Notes under the pieces: generated by a model
What the model was told of the DNA's origin: nothing
Databases searched by the model: none
The model's input: only the letters and a program-made list of their open reading frames with translations
Assembly: GCA_963666205.1 (NCBI GenBank)
Contig: OY762654.1
Coordinates: 992,001-1,056,000 of the forward strand
Direction: 5' to 3'
DNA: 64,000 bases
Origin: Synergistales bacterium
GTDB lineage: Bacteria > Synergistota > Synergistia > Synergistales > JAFGMB01
Translations under genes and position numbers: made by a program
Shown here: piece by piece, positions 19,831 through 30,486 of the stretch
Layout: every line of letters begins with the position of its first letter
How positions within the stretch are numbered: position 1 is the first letter of the stretch

Positions 19831-20760
19831 TCAGGAAACCCCTTCAATAGTAACCATGTTTCTCCCGCCCTGCTTACTTCTGTACATCATCTGATCTGCA
19901 CGATGAACAAGGGTATCTGCACTATCATCGATCATTGCCAGAGATCCGCCGATGGAAACAGTAACCCTGATACTATCCATATTTTCAGTAAAGACAGAGG
20001 ATCCAACCAGTATCCTTATCCTCTCTGCAACATTCTCCAGCATGGAAAGGGAAGATTCAGGAAGAGCTATTACAAATTCTTCTCCACCCCACCGGCACAC
20101 CAGATCTTCCGACCTCAGGATATTTTTAAGAGTCCCCGCCACCATTACAAGAACGTTATCTCCCACCTGATGGCCGTATAAGTCATTAAATTTTTTAAAA
20201 TGATCAATATCAATGAAAAGAAGGCCCAGTGGAGACAGTTCAAGGGATCTCATTTCATGGAGTTTAAGAGAAATGAAGGTATGGCCATATCTTCTGTTCA
20301 TGACCGATGTAAGAGGATCTCGAAAGGCTTCCTTTTCCAGTTTCCGGATGGTCCTCATGGATCTGTCAAGTTTCGTATTATCACTGAATACCTCCACCGC
20401 ACCAATGATCCTTCCTTCGGTGTCACGAAGAGGAGATATTCTTATCAGAACGGGAACCCTGTATCCATCACAGTGATGGAGAAAAACAGATGCTTCCCTG
20501 TCGAGTCCATCCTTTAAAGTCTCATGAAGGGGACACCCTTCCAGGCAGAGTTTTTTCCCCCTGTTATCCACATGCATCAGGATATTATCTGCACAGCTTT
20601 TGCCCAGCACTTTTTCTGAAGCATACCCCGTTATCCTTTCAGCACCCTTGTTCCAGAAGAGGATCTTTCTCGAAGTATCAACGACATACACACCATCGTA
20701 TAACTCCTCAAGAACATGTCTGAAAAAAACGGGATTGGCCAGCATGCTGTCTACAGGCAT
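19831..20760 (-). CDS. PAS-GGDEF diguanylate cyclase
   Basis: PAS domain, DIDHFK, RSED I-site and RWGGEEF. Confidence 0.92.
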   Translation of the reverse strand: MPVDSMLANPVFFRHVLEELYDGVYVVDTSRKILFWNKGAERITGYASEKVLGKSCADNILMHVDNRGKKLCLEGCPLHETLKDGLDREASVFLHHCDGYRVPVLIRISPLRDTEGRIIGAVEVFSDNTKLDRSMRTIRKLEKEAFRDPLTSVMNRRYGHTFISLKLHEMRSLELSPLGLLFIDIDHFKKFNDLYGHQVGDNVLVMVAGTLKNILRSEDLVCRWGGEEFVIALPESSLSMLENVAERIRILVGSSVFTENMDSIRVTVSIGGSLAMIDDSADTLVHRADQMMYRSKQGGRNMVTIEGVS

Positions 20761-20765
20761 ATTAT

Positions 20766-22238
20766 TTACTCCCCCCAGAATATCCGGATAATATCATCTT
20801 CAGGTTTATCTGTGGCGATGCTGAAGACAATGAAAAGAACAAGAGCTATGAGAAGTGTGGGAACGATCACATGCATACCCCATAACCTTTTAACATAAAT
20901 GACAAGGTAAAAATAGGATGCGACTCCCCCTGTCATGGAAGCAAAAGCTCCGGCTGCATTCGCCCTTTTCCAGTAAAGTCCCAGCACAAGGGGCCACAAA
21001 AAGGCAGCCTGCAGTCCGCCAAAGGCAAAAAGATTTATCCATACGATCAGGTCTGGAGGATCAAAGGAAGCTGCGAAGACGATCGTACCGACTATAGCAG
21101 TAGTCCAGAAACTGAGCCAGTGGATCCTGGAAGTTTCACTTCCCTTTTCCCCGGCTCCGGGATTTATGTAATTCAGATAAAGGTCATTAACAATGGTGGC
21201 CGAAGCGAGGATGAGCTGGGAATCTATGGTAGACATTATAGCTGCCAGGGGCCCGGCCAGGAATACTCCTGCCATATAGGGCGGAAGGACCTTGATTATA
21301 AGGGCCGGCATTATCCTGTCTCCTACCGCAAGGTCTGGAATTATGGCCCTGCCAAATGCTCCGCACAAGTGCATCCCCAGCATCAGGAAACCCACAACTA
21401 CCGTACCCAGGACTATGGCCATATGCATTGACCTGCTGTCACGATATCCAAAACATCGGACCGCCGTATGGGGCAGTCCGATAACCCCAAAACAGACAAG
21501 GATCCAGAAGGACAGGATAAAGGGTCTGGAAATAAAATCCCGGGGTCCGAAGGGCGTTATCAGGGCAGGGTCGATGGCCCTGAGATCGGTTACGATATTG
21601 CCCACTCCTCCACCGATCTTTATTATACCGAAGAGCAGAGCGAAGGTCCCCACCATCATGACACAGCCCTGGACCGCATCTGTAAGCGCCACAGCCCTGA
21701 AACCGCCAATGGTGGTATAGATTATCACTGTAACTGCAAAAATGATCAGTCCAGTGTTGTAAGACAGGCCCGTTACCCCTTCAAAGAGCCTTGCCCCTCC
21801 GATAAACTGTGCGACCATAGCCGCAATAAAGAAAACGAGGAGGCTCAGGGATCCCAGGATAACAACAGCCCGGCTCCGATATCTTTCATGAAGGATATCA
21901 TTAATGGTTACGGCATTTATCCTTCTTGCTACAATGGCAAATTTTTTTCCCAGAACACCAAGAGTAAGCCATGCTGCGGGAAGCTGTATCATTGCAAGGA
22001 GGATCCACCCGAGACCCATCTTGTATGCGACCCCTGGCCCTCCCACAAAACTGCTCGCACTTGTGTAAGTTGCCACCAGTGTCATAGCCAGCACAAAACC
22101 GCCCATTCCCCTGCTTCCGATAAAATATTCTTCAAGGAAATTGCCGGATCTGGAAAGAACCCGGTTACTGTAAAAGGCCATAAGGTAAACCAGGGCAAGG
22201 TATATGAACAGCGGAGCTACAACCCGGTGATCAGTCAT
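20766..22238 (-). CDS. panF: Sodium/pantothenate symporter
   Basis: EYFIGSRGMGGFVLAMT..ATYTSASSFVGGPG, AAIMSTIDSQL; overlaps yhdT. Confidence 0.92.
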   Translation of the reverse strand: MTDHRVVAPLFIYLALVYLMAFYSNRVLSRSGNFLEEYFIGSRGMGGFVLAMTLVATYTSASSFVGGPGVAYKMGLGWILLAMIQLPAAWLTLGVLGKKFAIVARRINAVTINDILHERYRSRAVVILGSLSLLVFFIAAMVAQFIGGARLFEGVTGLSYNTGLIIFAVTVIIYTTIGGFRAVALTDAVQGCVMMVGTFALLFGIIKIGGGVGNIVTDLRAIDPALITPFGPRDFISRPFILSFWILVCFGVIGLPHTAVRCFGYRDSRSMHMAIVLGTVVVGFLMLGMHLCGAFGRAIIPDLAVGDRIMPALIIKVLPPYMAGVFLAGPLAAIMSTIDSQLILASATIVNDLYLNYINPGAGEKGSETSRIHWLSFWTTAIVGTIVFAASFDPPDLIVWINLFAFGGLQAAFLWPLVLGLYWKRANAAGAFASMTGGVASYFYLVIYVKRLWGMHVIVPTLLIALVLFIVFSIATDKPEDDIIRIFWGE

Positions 22239-22542
22239 GGTCCATCTTTCCCTTTCCATCTCCGGCTGGCTTCTCAAGGGGCATATCCCGAAAAAGGAAA
22301 ACCACCATAAGTAAAGCGAGGATCGAAAAAACAATAAAACCGGCTATACAGCTGAGAAAGAACCATGACGGGAAACCTGCAATATAGGAATATTCTTCGA
22401 CTGGACGGGAACCCGGTCCATATGCGGTCAGGTACCACCATGCAAAATAGAGGAATGCAAGTACCAGAGCATAAAGGGCTTCTCTATTGGCAACCGCAAA
22501 ACGGGGATCCTGGAGGAGAATCCCCTTTCGTATTCTCATCAT
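22231..22542 (-). CDS. yhdT: YhdT (DUF997) family membrane protein
   Basis: DPRFAVANREA, WWYLTAY, GFPSWF, FRDMPL; conserved position upstream of panF. Confidence 0.88.
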   Translation of the reverse strand: MMRIRKGILLQDPRFAVANREALYALVLAFLYFAWWYLTAYGPGSRPVEEYSYIAGFPSWFFLSCIAGFIVFSILALLMVVFLFRDMPLEKPAGDGKGKMDHD

Positions 22543-22658
22543 TGTAATCCTCCTGCAACGAGATCTTTCCAAGGGACCTTTGCTTTTCCATTTACAAGCT
22601 TTAGGAAACGATTCTTCAAGGCAAATGGGTGTTCCCCATACCCCCGGGTCAGGTAAGG

Positions 22659-23252
22659 CTAAATGTCCTTACTCTCCCAGTTCCCGTATTCCATATATAC
22701 GGCCCTACTGTCCGCCTCATCCTGGCCATGCAGCCTTGCCACCACATGTAAGGAAAGATCGATTCCTGCCGATACTCCGGCTGCTGTAAGGATCTTTCCG
22801 TTATCCACAAAGCGCCTGCCCGTGACAATTTCTGCTTTTGGGGCTATCTCCCTGAAGAGTTCCCTCACACTGTGATGGGTGGTACATTCCAATCCGTCAA
22901 GGAGACCCAGTCTGCCAAGGATAAAGGAGCCTGTACATACTGAAAGGGTTATCTCACTTTCCTTATGGCACGCCGAGACCCAGTTCAATACATTCTCATT
23001 GTAAACTTCTTTACGGGTTCCCCTGCCCCCCGGAAGGATAAGAATATCCATGTGGGGATGATCCCGAAAGGAATGGTCGGGAAAAACTTTCAGACCGTTA
23101 ACGGTATTTATGGCCTCTCCATTCCAGGATATGGTAAAAACATTGAACAGAGATTCTTCCTCCTCGTCTATCCTTATGGAAAAAACCTCATAGGGTCCTG
23201 CAAGATCAAGAAGTTCCATGTTGTCGAAGATCCATATACCGACGTTTCTCAT
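22659..23252 (-). CDS. DJ-1/PfpI family protein
   Basis: ELLDLAGPYEVF, ILPGG, SVCTGS, TAAGVSAGID. Confidence 0.9.
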   Translation of the reverse strand: MRNVGIWIFDNMELLDLAGPYEVFSIRIDEEEESLFNVFTISWNGEAINTVNGLKVFPDHSFRDHPHMDILILPGGRGTRKEVYNENVLNWVSACHKESEITLSVCTGSFILGRLGLLDGLECTTHHSVRELFREIAPKAEIVTGRRFVDNGKILTAAGVSAGIDLSLHVVARLHGQDEADSRAVYMEYGNWESKDI

Positions 23253-23480
23253 GAAATTCCCCCTTATATATTCTGGCGGTACTCCCTGGTAAGGATCAGT
23301 TTCAGAAGCAAAGCCTGACCAGGGAACATAAAGCTTACCGGACTTCACTGATTCCTCTGTACAGATTAAACATGGCAGAACAGCACATTTTCCAATGACA
23401 TCCCATTCGCTTTATCGTATCATATAGACAAAAGAAAACTTACAGATTCAAGATCTTATCTCCTCAAGGAGGCTTGAACA

Positions 23481-24308
23481 ATGGCTAATCCAGTCTGGAA
23501 AAACGAAGGCTTTGAAGTAACGGCAAGATCAACAGGATCCACACCCCTCAAAGTCAGAAATGTAGTCAATAAAGCCATGATATGCCTGTTCATACTTGTG
23601 ATATCCACGGCGTATATGTGGACAAGCTATTACGCAGGAAAAGGGATCGTTCTTCCCACGGTTATCGCGATAGGCGGAGGTCTTGCAGGCTTTTATGTTT
23701 CCTTCCGCGTACCGGAGATCTCTGTCGTTACAGTCCCCCTTTTCATGATCCTGGAAGGCCTCACTGTAGGAGGAGTTTCAGCCCTTGTGGAATTCTTCTA
23801 TCCAGGGGTAGTATTGAACGCTGTCACCCTTACCTACATTGCCGCACTCCTGCTTCTGCTGATGTCCCGATTCGATTTCCTGACCGCAGGGAACCGTTTT
23901 TTTCGGATATTCACACTTGCCGCCGGGTCCATAATTATTTTTTATGTCCTTAAATTCATTATGGGGATCTTCTCCATAAATATACTTAAATTTCTCAGTC
24001 CCATAGGTATGGCCATCTGCCTGGCCATAGTGATAGTCGGATCCATCAATCTTGTAAACGACATGGATTTCATCAGGGAAAGAGAAGCTCTCGGCATCCG
24101 CAAAAGAGCAGAATGGACAGCAGTACTGGGAATAATGGTCACCGTAGGCTGGGTATATCTCGAAGTGGCGAGACTCCTTTTTATGGTAAAGAGGTTCATA
24201 TCAGGCCAGATCAGGGAAAAGAAAGAAGCCTTCATCCCTGACAAGACCGAAACACGGAAAACAGAGAACATAAAAATAGAGGACAAGATAGAAGCGGATA
24301 AGAAATAG
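23481..24308 (+). CDS. Bax inhibitor-1/YccA-like membrane protein
   Basis: About 7 TM; MANPV, LEGLTVGGVS, EWTAVLGIMVTVGWVYLE. Confidence 0.8.
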   Translation: MANPVWKNEGFEVTARSTGSTPLKVRNVVNKAMICLFILVISTAYMWTSYYAGKGIVLPTVIAIGGGLAGFYVSFRVPEISVVTVPLFMILEGLTVGGVSALVEFFYPGVVLNAVTLTYIAALLLLLMSRFDFLTAGNRFFRIFTLAAGSIIIFYVLKFIMGIFSINILKFLSPIGMAICLAIVIVGSINLVNDMDFIREREALGIRKRAEWTAVLGIMVTVGWVYLEVARLLFMVKRFISGQIREKKEAFIPDKTETRKTENIKIEDKIEADKK

Positions 24309-24383
24309 CCCATCCGTAAATCAGACATAAGGGGAAGATCCCCCATCAGGATCTTCCCCTTGTTCATTACATGCAGGACCCTG

Positions 24384-25232
24384 TCACACACCTGGGTCCA
24401 GAATTATATTGTCTATGAGTCTGGCCTTCCCCACCCTTACAGCAAGAGCAAGAACGGCTTTTCTGTCCATGACATCAAGGTCCCTGAGATTCCCGGCATC
24501 CTTGAGGGAAACGTAATCTATTGACAGTGCCGGATCTGAAGATATTTTTTCACTTACAGCACTCATGATCTTTTCAGATGAAGTCTCACCATTTCTGGCC
24601 ATCTCATGTGCCATGGCCAGGGAACGGTTCAGGAGAAGTGCTGATCTTCTCTGCTCCGGGGTAAGATAAAGGTTGCGGCTGCTCATGGCAAGTCCATCTT
24701 CTTCCCTGACAATGGGACATGTTACTATCTCCACAGGTATGTTCAGATCCCTGACCATCCGTTTAATTACCTGGACCTGCTGGTAGTCTTTCTGACCGAA
24801 ATAGGATCTCCCGGGTCTCACTATATTGAAGAGCTTCGCTACCACCGTACAGACTCCCCTGAAATGTCCCGGCCTTGAGGCTCCGCAAAGAACTCTGCTG
24901 AGGTCATCCTCTTCAACGTGGACTGAAAAATTCTCCGGGTACATTTCTCCGGGAGAGGGTGAAAAGACCATGTCCACTCCTTCGGACTCAAGAAGGGCAA
25001 GATCTCTTTCCATATCCCTCGGATAAGCCTCCAGGTCCTCTCCAGGGCCAAACTGGATGGGATTAACAAATATGGAAACAGCCGTTATTTCATTCTGGCT
25101 GCGGCATTTTCGTACAAGGGACAGATGTCCCTCATGGAGGAAACCCATTGTCGGGACCAGTCCCAGGGTACGGCCCCGGGCATGATCTGAAAGAAACTGC
25201 CTTGCTCCTTCTACCGTTGCTGCTACAAACAA
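24384..25232 (-). CDS. panC: Pantoate--beta-alanine ligase
   Basis: VPTMGFLHEGH, SIFVNPIQF, RPGHFRGV, FGQKD, AMSSRN, RLIDN; TTG start after GGAGGTG. Confidence 0.95.
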   Translation of the reverse strand: MFVAATVEGARQFLSDHARGRTLGLVPTMGFLHEGHLSLVRKCRSQNEITAVSIFVNPIQFGPGEDLEAYPRDMERDLALLESEGVDMVFSPSPGEMYPENFSVHVEEDDLSRVLCGASRPGHFRGVCTVVAKLFNIVRPGRSYFGQKDYQQVQVIKRMVRDLNIPVEIVTCPIVREEDGLAMSSRNLYLTPEQRRSALLLNRSLAMAHEMARNGETSSEKIMSAVSEKISSDPALSIDYVSLKDAGNLRDLDVMDRKAVLALAVRVGKARLIDNIILDPGV

Positions 25233-25352
25233 GGAAAAACACCTCCAACGTGGATCAGTAGTTCTATAATTCAACACATTACCATAATCCGGTTATACCT
25301 GCTGCATAAAGCAGGGGGATCCATAAAAAAGGATCCCCCTGCAATTTATCAT

Positions 25353-25739
25353 TCATCTTCTGATCTCGCCGTGGATCTCCTGTGAGGACTGATCCATTAT
25401 CGTGTTGTTATCATCCACGAAGACCACCCTGGTCTCAAGACCCGCCGTCTCTTCCTCCGGGATCCAGCAATAGGCAATGATTATAACCCTGTCTCCCACC
25501 TGAACAGACCTTGCGGCTGCTCCGTTGAGACAGACCATACCGCTGCCCTCCGGCCCCTCTATTGTGTAGGTCTCGAGTCGGGCGCCGTTATTCACATTGA
25601 CGATCTGGACCTTTTCTCCCGGAAGGATACCCGCTGCGTTCAGAAGAAGTTTATCTATTGTAATGCTACCCACATAGTCGAGCTCGGCCTGGGTAACAAC
25701 AGCTCTATGGATCTTACCCTTGAACATATTCAGGAACAC
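25353..25739 (-). CDS. panD: Aspartate 1-decarboxylase
   Basis: [13 protein letters not shown] cleavage site, [18 protein letters not shown] start after GAGGTG. Confidence 0.95.
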   Translation of the reverse strand: MFLNMFKGKIHRAVVTQAELDYVGSITIDKLLLNAAGILPGEKVQIVNVNNGARLETYTIEGPEGSGMVCLNGAAARSVQVGDRVIIIAYCWIPEEETAGLETRVVFVDDNNTIMDQSSQEIHGEIRR

Positions 25740-25891
25740 AGTAAAGATCACCTCTTATTGAAAGTACTAATGAAAACCGTTACCATTTACAGTTAAATTC
25801 GCCGTATTTTAACATAACTTTACAGAAATCGGAAAGATAAATGTCAACATAAGAAAAAAGCCGCCCATTCCGGGCGGCTTACTTGTATAAC

Positions 25892-26905
25892 CTAATACTG
25901 GGGAAACTGCTTGATTATAGTTTCGGGTTTCATGAGCATGCCCACGTACTGGGCCCGCTCATAGGCAAAGGGATCGGACAGGTTCTTCTTGCTCATTCTT
26001 CCGCGGAATTCCTTAAGGGAGTCAAGTTTCTTACCCTCCATCCATTTGATAAGCTCTCTCCTGATAAACCTTAAATGCTCAAGTTTGCCCTTGTAAAGGG
26101 CACTTACCAGCTGAACGCAGGAAGCACCTGCCATTATCAGCTTGGCCGCGTCCCTGCCCGAATATATACCTCCGCTGGCACAGATATCACCCTGGATCTG
26201 CCCGTAAAGAAGTCCGGTAAATCTCAGTGGAAGCTTGTAATCTCCCTCACAGCTCAGATCGAAGTTGAGAAGATTGACTTCCCTGTCGATATCAAGGTCC
26301 GGCTGGAAGAAACGGTTGAATAGGACGAAGGCTCCGGCTCCTGCCTGATCCATCTTGGATATCACATTAGCTGGATTCGCATAAAAGGGACTGAGTTTGA
26401 CACTCACAGGGATGGATATTTTCTCCCTTATCTCGCAAAGGGTCTCGATCTGCTCCTTCTCTATCTGGGCACCATCCCGGTCCGGATCAGTAGGACTGGA
26501 ATAGAAATTAAGTTCCAGCCCGTCTACGCCTGTCTTCTCAAGAAGCATGGCATATTCCACCCAGATTTCCCTGTTCACGGCATTGAGGCTTGCAATTAAA
26601 GGTATGTCAACTATCTCCCTGCTCTTTTTGACCCAGTAAAGATGTTCTTCCGGCCCCGAGTGTTCCATGCGTGGATGGATCCCTGTCATTTCAGCATGTC
26701 TTTCATCATATTCAGTAAGAGAATCATCCATTTGAAGTCTTTCAAGCTGGATCTGCTCCTCAAAAAGTGACTTCAACACGATAGCCCCCGCCCCGGCTTC
26801 CTCGATCTTTTTAAGGGTTTCAACGTGAGAAGTCATTTCACATGCTCCGACAACAAAGGGATTCTCCAGTTCAATACCCATATAACTGGTTTTCAGATCA
26901 ACCAT
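25892..26905 (-). CDS. Dihydroorotate dehydrogenase-like flavoprotein
   Basis: LKSLFEEQI, ELN, PVSVKLSP, FNRF..PD, SGG, GASCVQ, YERAQY; lacks the SCPN catalytic Cys. Confidence 0.88.
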   Translation of the reverse strand: MVDLKTSYMGIELENPFVVGACEMTSHVETLKKIEEAGAGAIVLKSLFEEQIQLERLQMDDSLTEYDERHAEMTGIHPRMEHSGPEEHLYWVKKSREIVDIPLIASLNAVNREIWVEYAMLLEKTGVDGLELNFYSSPTDPDRDGAQIEKEQIETLCEIREKISIPVSVKLSPFYANPANVISKMDQAGAGAFVLFNRFFQPDLDIDREVNLLNFDLSCEGDYKLPLRFTGLLYGQIQGDICASGGIYSGRDAAKLIMAGASCVQLVSALYKGKLEHLRFIRRELIKWMEGKKLDSLKEFRGRMSKKNLSDPFAYERAQYVGMLMKPETIIKQFPQY

Positions 26906-27086
26906 ATTTTCAACCTCCTTTATGGAACTGTTATGATTCAGAAATCAATACCTTTAAATCCGGGATAATTCTGGAAGAGAGTAAAAAATGAGAATAGAGC
27001 TTACTTGATTATACTAGCAGGTCATCTAGGTGAAGTAAATACCTTAAAGAAAAACCCGGCTTATGCCGGGTCAGAATGGTCTTTCC

Positions 27087-27257
27087 CTATATCCCTCCAA
27101 AGTACCAGCCCATTATGGCCATAACTCCCGCAAGGGCAATATTTGCCAGTCCCTTCACGGGCTGACCATATCTGAATCTCCTCAATCCCATAAAGAACAT
27201 GATCGCGGCACATATATAAAGGACCAAGGGTGCTATGTTGTCAGCAAAGAATTGCAT
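27087..27257 (-). CDS. Small two-TM membrane protein (56 aa), below ORF-track cutoff
   Basis: GGGGAGG RBS; MQFFADNIAPLVLYICAAIMFFMGLRRFRYGQPVKGLANIALAGVMAIMGWYFGGI*; hairpin with T run follows. Confidence 0.7.
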   Translation of the reverse strand: MQFFADNIAPLVLYICAAIMFFMGLRRFRYGQPVKGLANIALAGVMAIMGWYFGGI

Positions 27258-27552
27258 CTGAAAGACCTCCCCGGATATTATGATCTCTACAGCTATAAAC
27301 TGTCAGATAACAGGGAAGCCTGAATTGTACTTCTTCCCCGTAACAATAATACAATATCCCTGTCATATTTTTCATAATACCTGCAATTTATAACAGGAAT
27401 ACTCAAAGACCGATCTCCGGACCCGGGGAAAAGGGGGGAAGGATAGGTGCTCACCTTAAAGATAGCAACAGCTTCGGCTCTCCGGAAAAGAGCAAAGAAA
27501 CGGGGAAAGCATACATCCCTGTCTCTTTGCTCTTGCATTGAAGAATGAAATA

Positions 27553-28782
27553 TTAACCTGCAAGCCTTATTACAGCTCCAAGGATCATTTCCGCACCCCT
27601 GGCTACCTGATCATAATCGGTCCACTCTTCAGGACAGTGACTTTTACCATTTCTGCTTGGAACAAATATCATTCCAACCGGCGCTACCCTGGCCATCACC
27701 ATGGCATCATGGCCCGCACCACTCGGCATTACATGGGTGGAAATATTCTTTTCTGCTGCAACCTCCTGGAATATGGACATTATCCCGGGATCTATACTGA
27801 CGGGAGAGACGGCAAGGCGTTCTTCCCATGAAAAAGCAAGTCCCCCGGAAGAGCAGATCTCCTCGAGGAATTTTTTTATTTCAGAAGCGGCAGTTTCAAT
27901 AACCGGCTCGGAACTGTCACGAAGATCTATGCTGAACTGCACTTCCCCCGGGACGATGTTAAAGGCCCCCGGCCTGACATTCACCATTCCCACCGTGGCC
28001 ACTGTTCCCTTACCGGCCCTTCTGGCTATGGCGTCGATCTCGGAGATCACCCTGCTGGCTCCCACCAGGGCATCCCTTCTGAAATCCATGGGGGTGGTTC
28101 CGGCGTGATCTGCCTTACCCTTTACCGTTACGAAGAAAGTCCTTATCCCCACGATAGACTCGACTATGCCTACGTCACAGCCATTCTGTTCCAGAACTGG
28201 CCCCTGCTCTATATGTAATTCCAGAAAAGCCTTTATGCTGCCTGGCTCCCGCCTGGCCTTACCAACGCATGCAGGATCGAGTCCGAAGGATTCCATGGCT
28301 TCAGCCTTTGTTATTCCCAGGGAATCGGTTCCCTTATATATTTCATCTTCAGATACAATACCTGCCATAGCCCTGCTTCCCCAGACCCCTGAGCCAAAAC
28401 GGCCCCCTTCTTCCTCCGTCATCACGACCATTTCCAGGGGATTGACAGTTTCCATGCCCTCTTCATTTATGATCCTCAAGGCCTCCAGGGCCGAAATAAC
28501 ACCGGCTGGACCGTCAAAAGCACCTCCGTTGACAACTGAATCTATGTGGGAACCGAACATGACCACAGGGGCATCCTTCAGAGTGCCTTCCCTTCTTCCG
28601 AAGAGATTGCCGGCATTATCCTGATATATTTCAAGACCTGCGGCCTCCATCTCTTTCCGCAGATATTCCCTTGCCCGACTCTCTTCAGCACTGAAAGCAA
28701 GCCTCGTAACTCCTTCTCCCGGGGTTGACGTTATCCCGGCCAGAAATTCCAGATCTTTTCTTATTCTATCGACTCTCACCAT
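27553..28782 (-). CDS. Zn-dependent M20 hydrolase (N-carbamoyl-amino acid/allantoate amidohydrolase family)
   Basis: GSHIDSV, FDGPAG, EEEGGRF, ELHIEQGP, HAGTTPM, SGAGHDA, SHCPEE. Confidence 0.93.
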   Translation of the reverse strand: MVRVDRIRKDLEFLAGITSTPGEGVTRLAFSAEESRAREYLRKEMEAAGLEIYQDNAGNLFGRREGTLKDAPVVMFGSHIDSVVNGGAFDGPAGVISALEALRIINEEGMETVNPLEMVVMTEEEGGRFGSGVWGSRAMAGIVSEDEIYKGTDSLGITKAEAMESFGLDPACVGKARREPGSIKAFLELHIEQGPVLEQNGCDVGIVESIVGIRTFFVTVKGKADHAGTTPMDFRRDALVGASRVISEIDAIARRAGKGTVATVGMVNVRPGAFNIVPGEVQFSIDLRDSSEPVIETAASEIKKFLEEICSSGGLAFSWEERLAVSPVSIDPGIMSIFQEVAAEKNISTHVMPSGAGHDAMVMARVAPVGMIFVPSRNGKSHCPEEWTDYDQVARGAEMILGAVIRLAG

Positions 28783-28945
28783 GGAAATACCTCCCTTGTA
28801 AAAACATTATTGCCTCATGGTACGATGCTGGAAATTTTTTAAAAGCATAGCAGAAAACACTTCATAACAACAGTCAGACAACTATCTCAATTAAAAAGGG
28901 GTATGCCCCGGGAGGACATACCCCTTCCTCTCTTCATATATTGAA

Positions 28946-30436
28946 TTATTTATTGCAACCGGCCCATTGGCGACTGCATCCTTCACATGTTGCGGGAAGA
29001 TGTTTTCTCGCCTTTTCAAGGGTATAGGGATCTTCTTCCCTTTCTAGACTTTTCCAGTACCTGGATCTCCAGCTTTTATCCCATACAGGATCGTAAATAG
29101 TCTTAAGTTCCTCAGCATACCTGTCGAGACCCTCTGCCACTTTTCCCTCCAGCATTGCCTCAAGACCGGGATGACAGGGTCTGGCGCCATATTTCCCGAC
29201 AAGGTCTCTCAATACTTCCGGATGATCTATGATCATGCACGGACGAAGAAGATCATCATCTTCGTAGGGCTGGGATTCCCGAATGGCTTTAAAAAAGGGA
29301 CTGGCCGCTATTTCGGAGATGCTCTTTTCCTTTACGTTATCCACAGCAAAGGGAACGAAGACACAGGGCTCGACCATTCCGTTGTGAATGACATGCCAGT
29401 ATCTTCTTCCACCAGCCATGCATCCGTCCACGTATGGACCGTCATTCCAGAAATCTCCAAAGAGGATGGGATAGTCTCTGCTCTCTCTCCAGCCGGCGAC
29501 CTTCTCTCTCAGTTTATTACGCTGAAGGGGAGATGCCATGTATGAAAGATCAGGTTTCGCACCAATGGGTATGTACTGGAAGATCCAGCCGAAGGTGCAT
29601 CCATGATCTATCATTCGGGAAATAAAATCATCGCTGGCAATATAGTCAGCATTCACATTGGTGTAAGTTGCACTGAAACCATATACCATTCCTCTTTCCT
29701 TCATCAGGGAATAGGCATTTGTCATTTTTTCATATACACCAGGACCCCTCCTGGAATCTGTATGTTCCTTTGTACCCTCAATGGAGATCATGGGTGCCAC
29801 GTTGCCCAGCTCAGCCAGACGATCCACAGTCTCCACGGTCAGAAGGGTCCCGTTTGTATAAAACTGGAAGTAACAGTCATTGTGTTTCTTCAGGAGTTCA
29901 AAGATGCGTGGGTAAAGGAGGACTTCCCCTCCGCTTAAAGTATAAAAATACATCCCCAGGGATTTCCCTTCCTCAAGCAGCCTGTCGAAGACCTCATAGG
30001 GAAGGTCCTGATCCTGGTCATATTCCGCGGCATAACAGCCCTTACAGTGCAGATTACACTTCATGGTAGGACTTATGACCATGAAATTCGGAAGATGAAC
30101 ACCCAGTTCCCTGGACTTTCTGTCCCTGATCCCCCTTCCCATGACCATGAAATTCACAAATACGTTCTGCATAAACTTCTGCAGACAATTTGGACTGATC
30201 TCTCTGATCATCCTGAGGAAGGGCTGAGCGAAGGGATCATCATTTCTGATCTTTCCGGCAAGAAGCTTGAAACTTTCCCTGTGATATTTAGCCGGAGCTA
30301 TCTTTGCCAGTGATTCAAAGAGATCCGCCACTTCTCCGGATTCTCCCCTTCGGATCCTGTCCGCTATCCGGTTGACGATCTTCAGGGTAAGATACCCTTT
30401 TGTCCTGTCAATCAAGGAAACAGTCAATATTTTCAC
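28946..30436 (-). CDS. Radical SAM/SPASM domain protein
   Basis: CNLHCKGC, SGGE, YTNGTL, SPASM-type GCMAGG...EPCVF...RPCMIIDHP. Confidence 0.92.
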   Translation of the reverse strand: MKILTVSLIDRTKGYLTLKIVNRIADRIRRGESGEVADLFESLAKIAPAKYHRESFKLLAGKIRNDDPFAQPFLRMIREISPNCLQKFMQNVFVNFMVMGRGIRDRKSRELGVHLPNFMVISPTMKCNLHCKGCYAAEYDQDQDLPYEVFDRLLEEGKSLGMYFYTLSGGEVLLYPRIFELLKKHNDCYFQFYTNGTLLTVETVDRLAELGNVAPMISIEGTKEHTDSRRGPGVYEKMTNAYSLMKERGMVYGFSATYTNVNADYIASDDFISRMIDHGCTFGWIFQYIPIGAKPDLSYMASPLQRNKLREKVAGWRESRDYPILFGDFWNDGPYVDGCMAGGRRYWHVIHNGMVEPCVFVPFAVDNVKEKSISEIAASPFFKAIRESQPYEDDDLLRPCMIIDHPEVLRDLVGKYGARPCHPGLEAMLEGKVAEGLDRYAEELKTIYDPVWDKSWRSRYWKSLEREEDPYTLEKARKHLPATCEGCSRQWAGCNK

Positions 30437-30486
30437 CCCTTCTTCTCAAAATATCGAACTCGGGAAAATGATCTCATGCTGCAGTT

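Noticed and set aside
27430-27548. Short plus-strand ORF or ncRNA near 27456
   Set aside because: Mostly explained by the terminator hairpin of the M20 hydrolase gene (AAGAGCAAAGA...TCTTTGCTCTT); no independent support.
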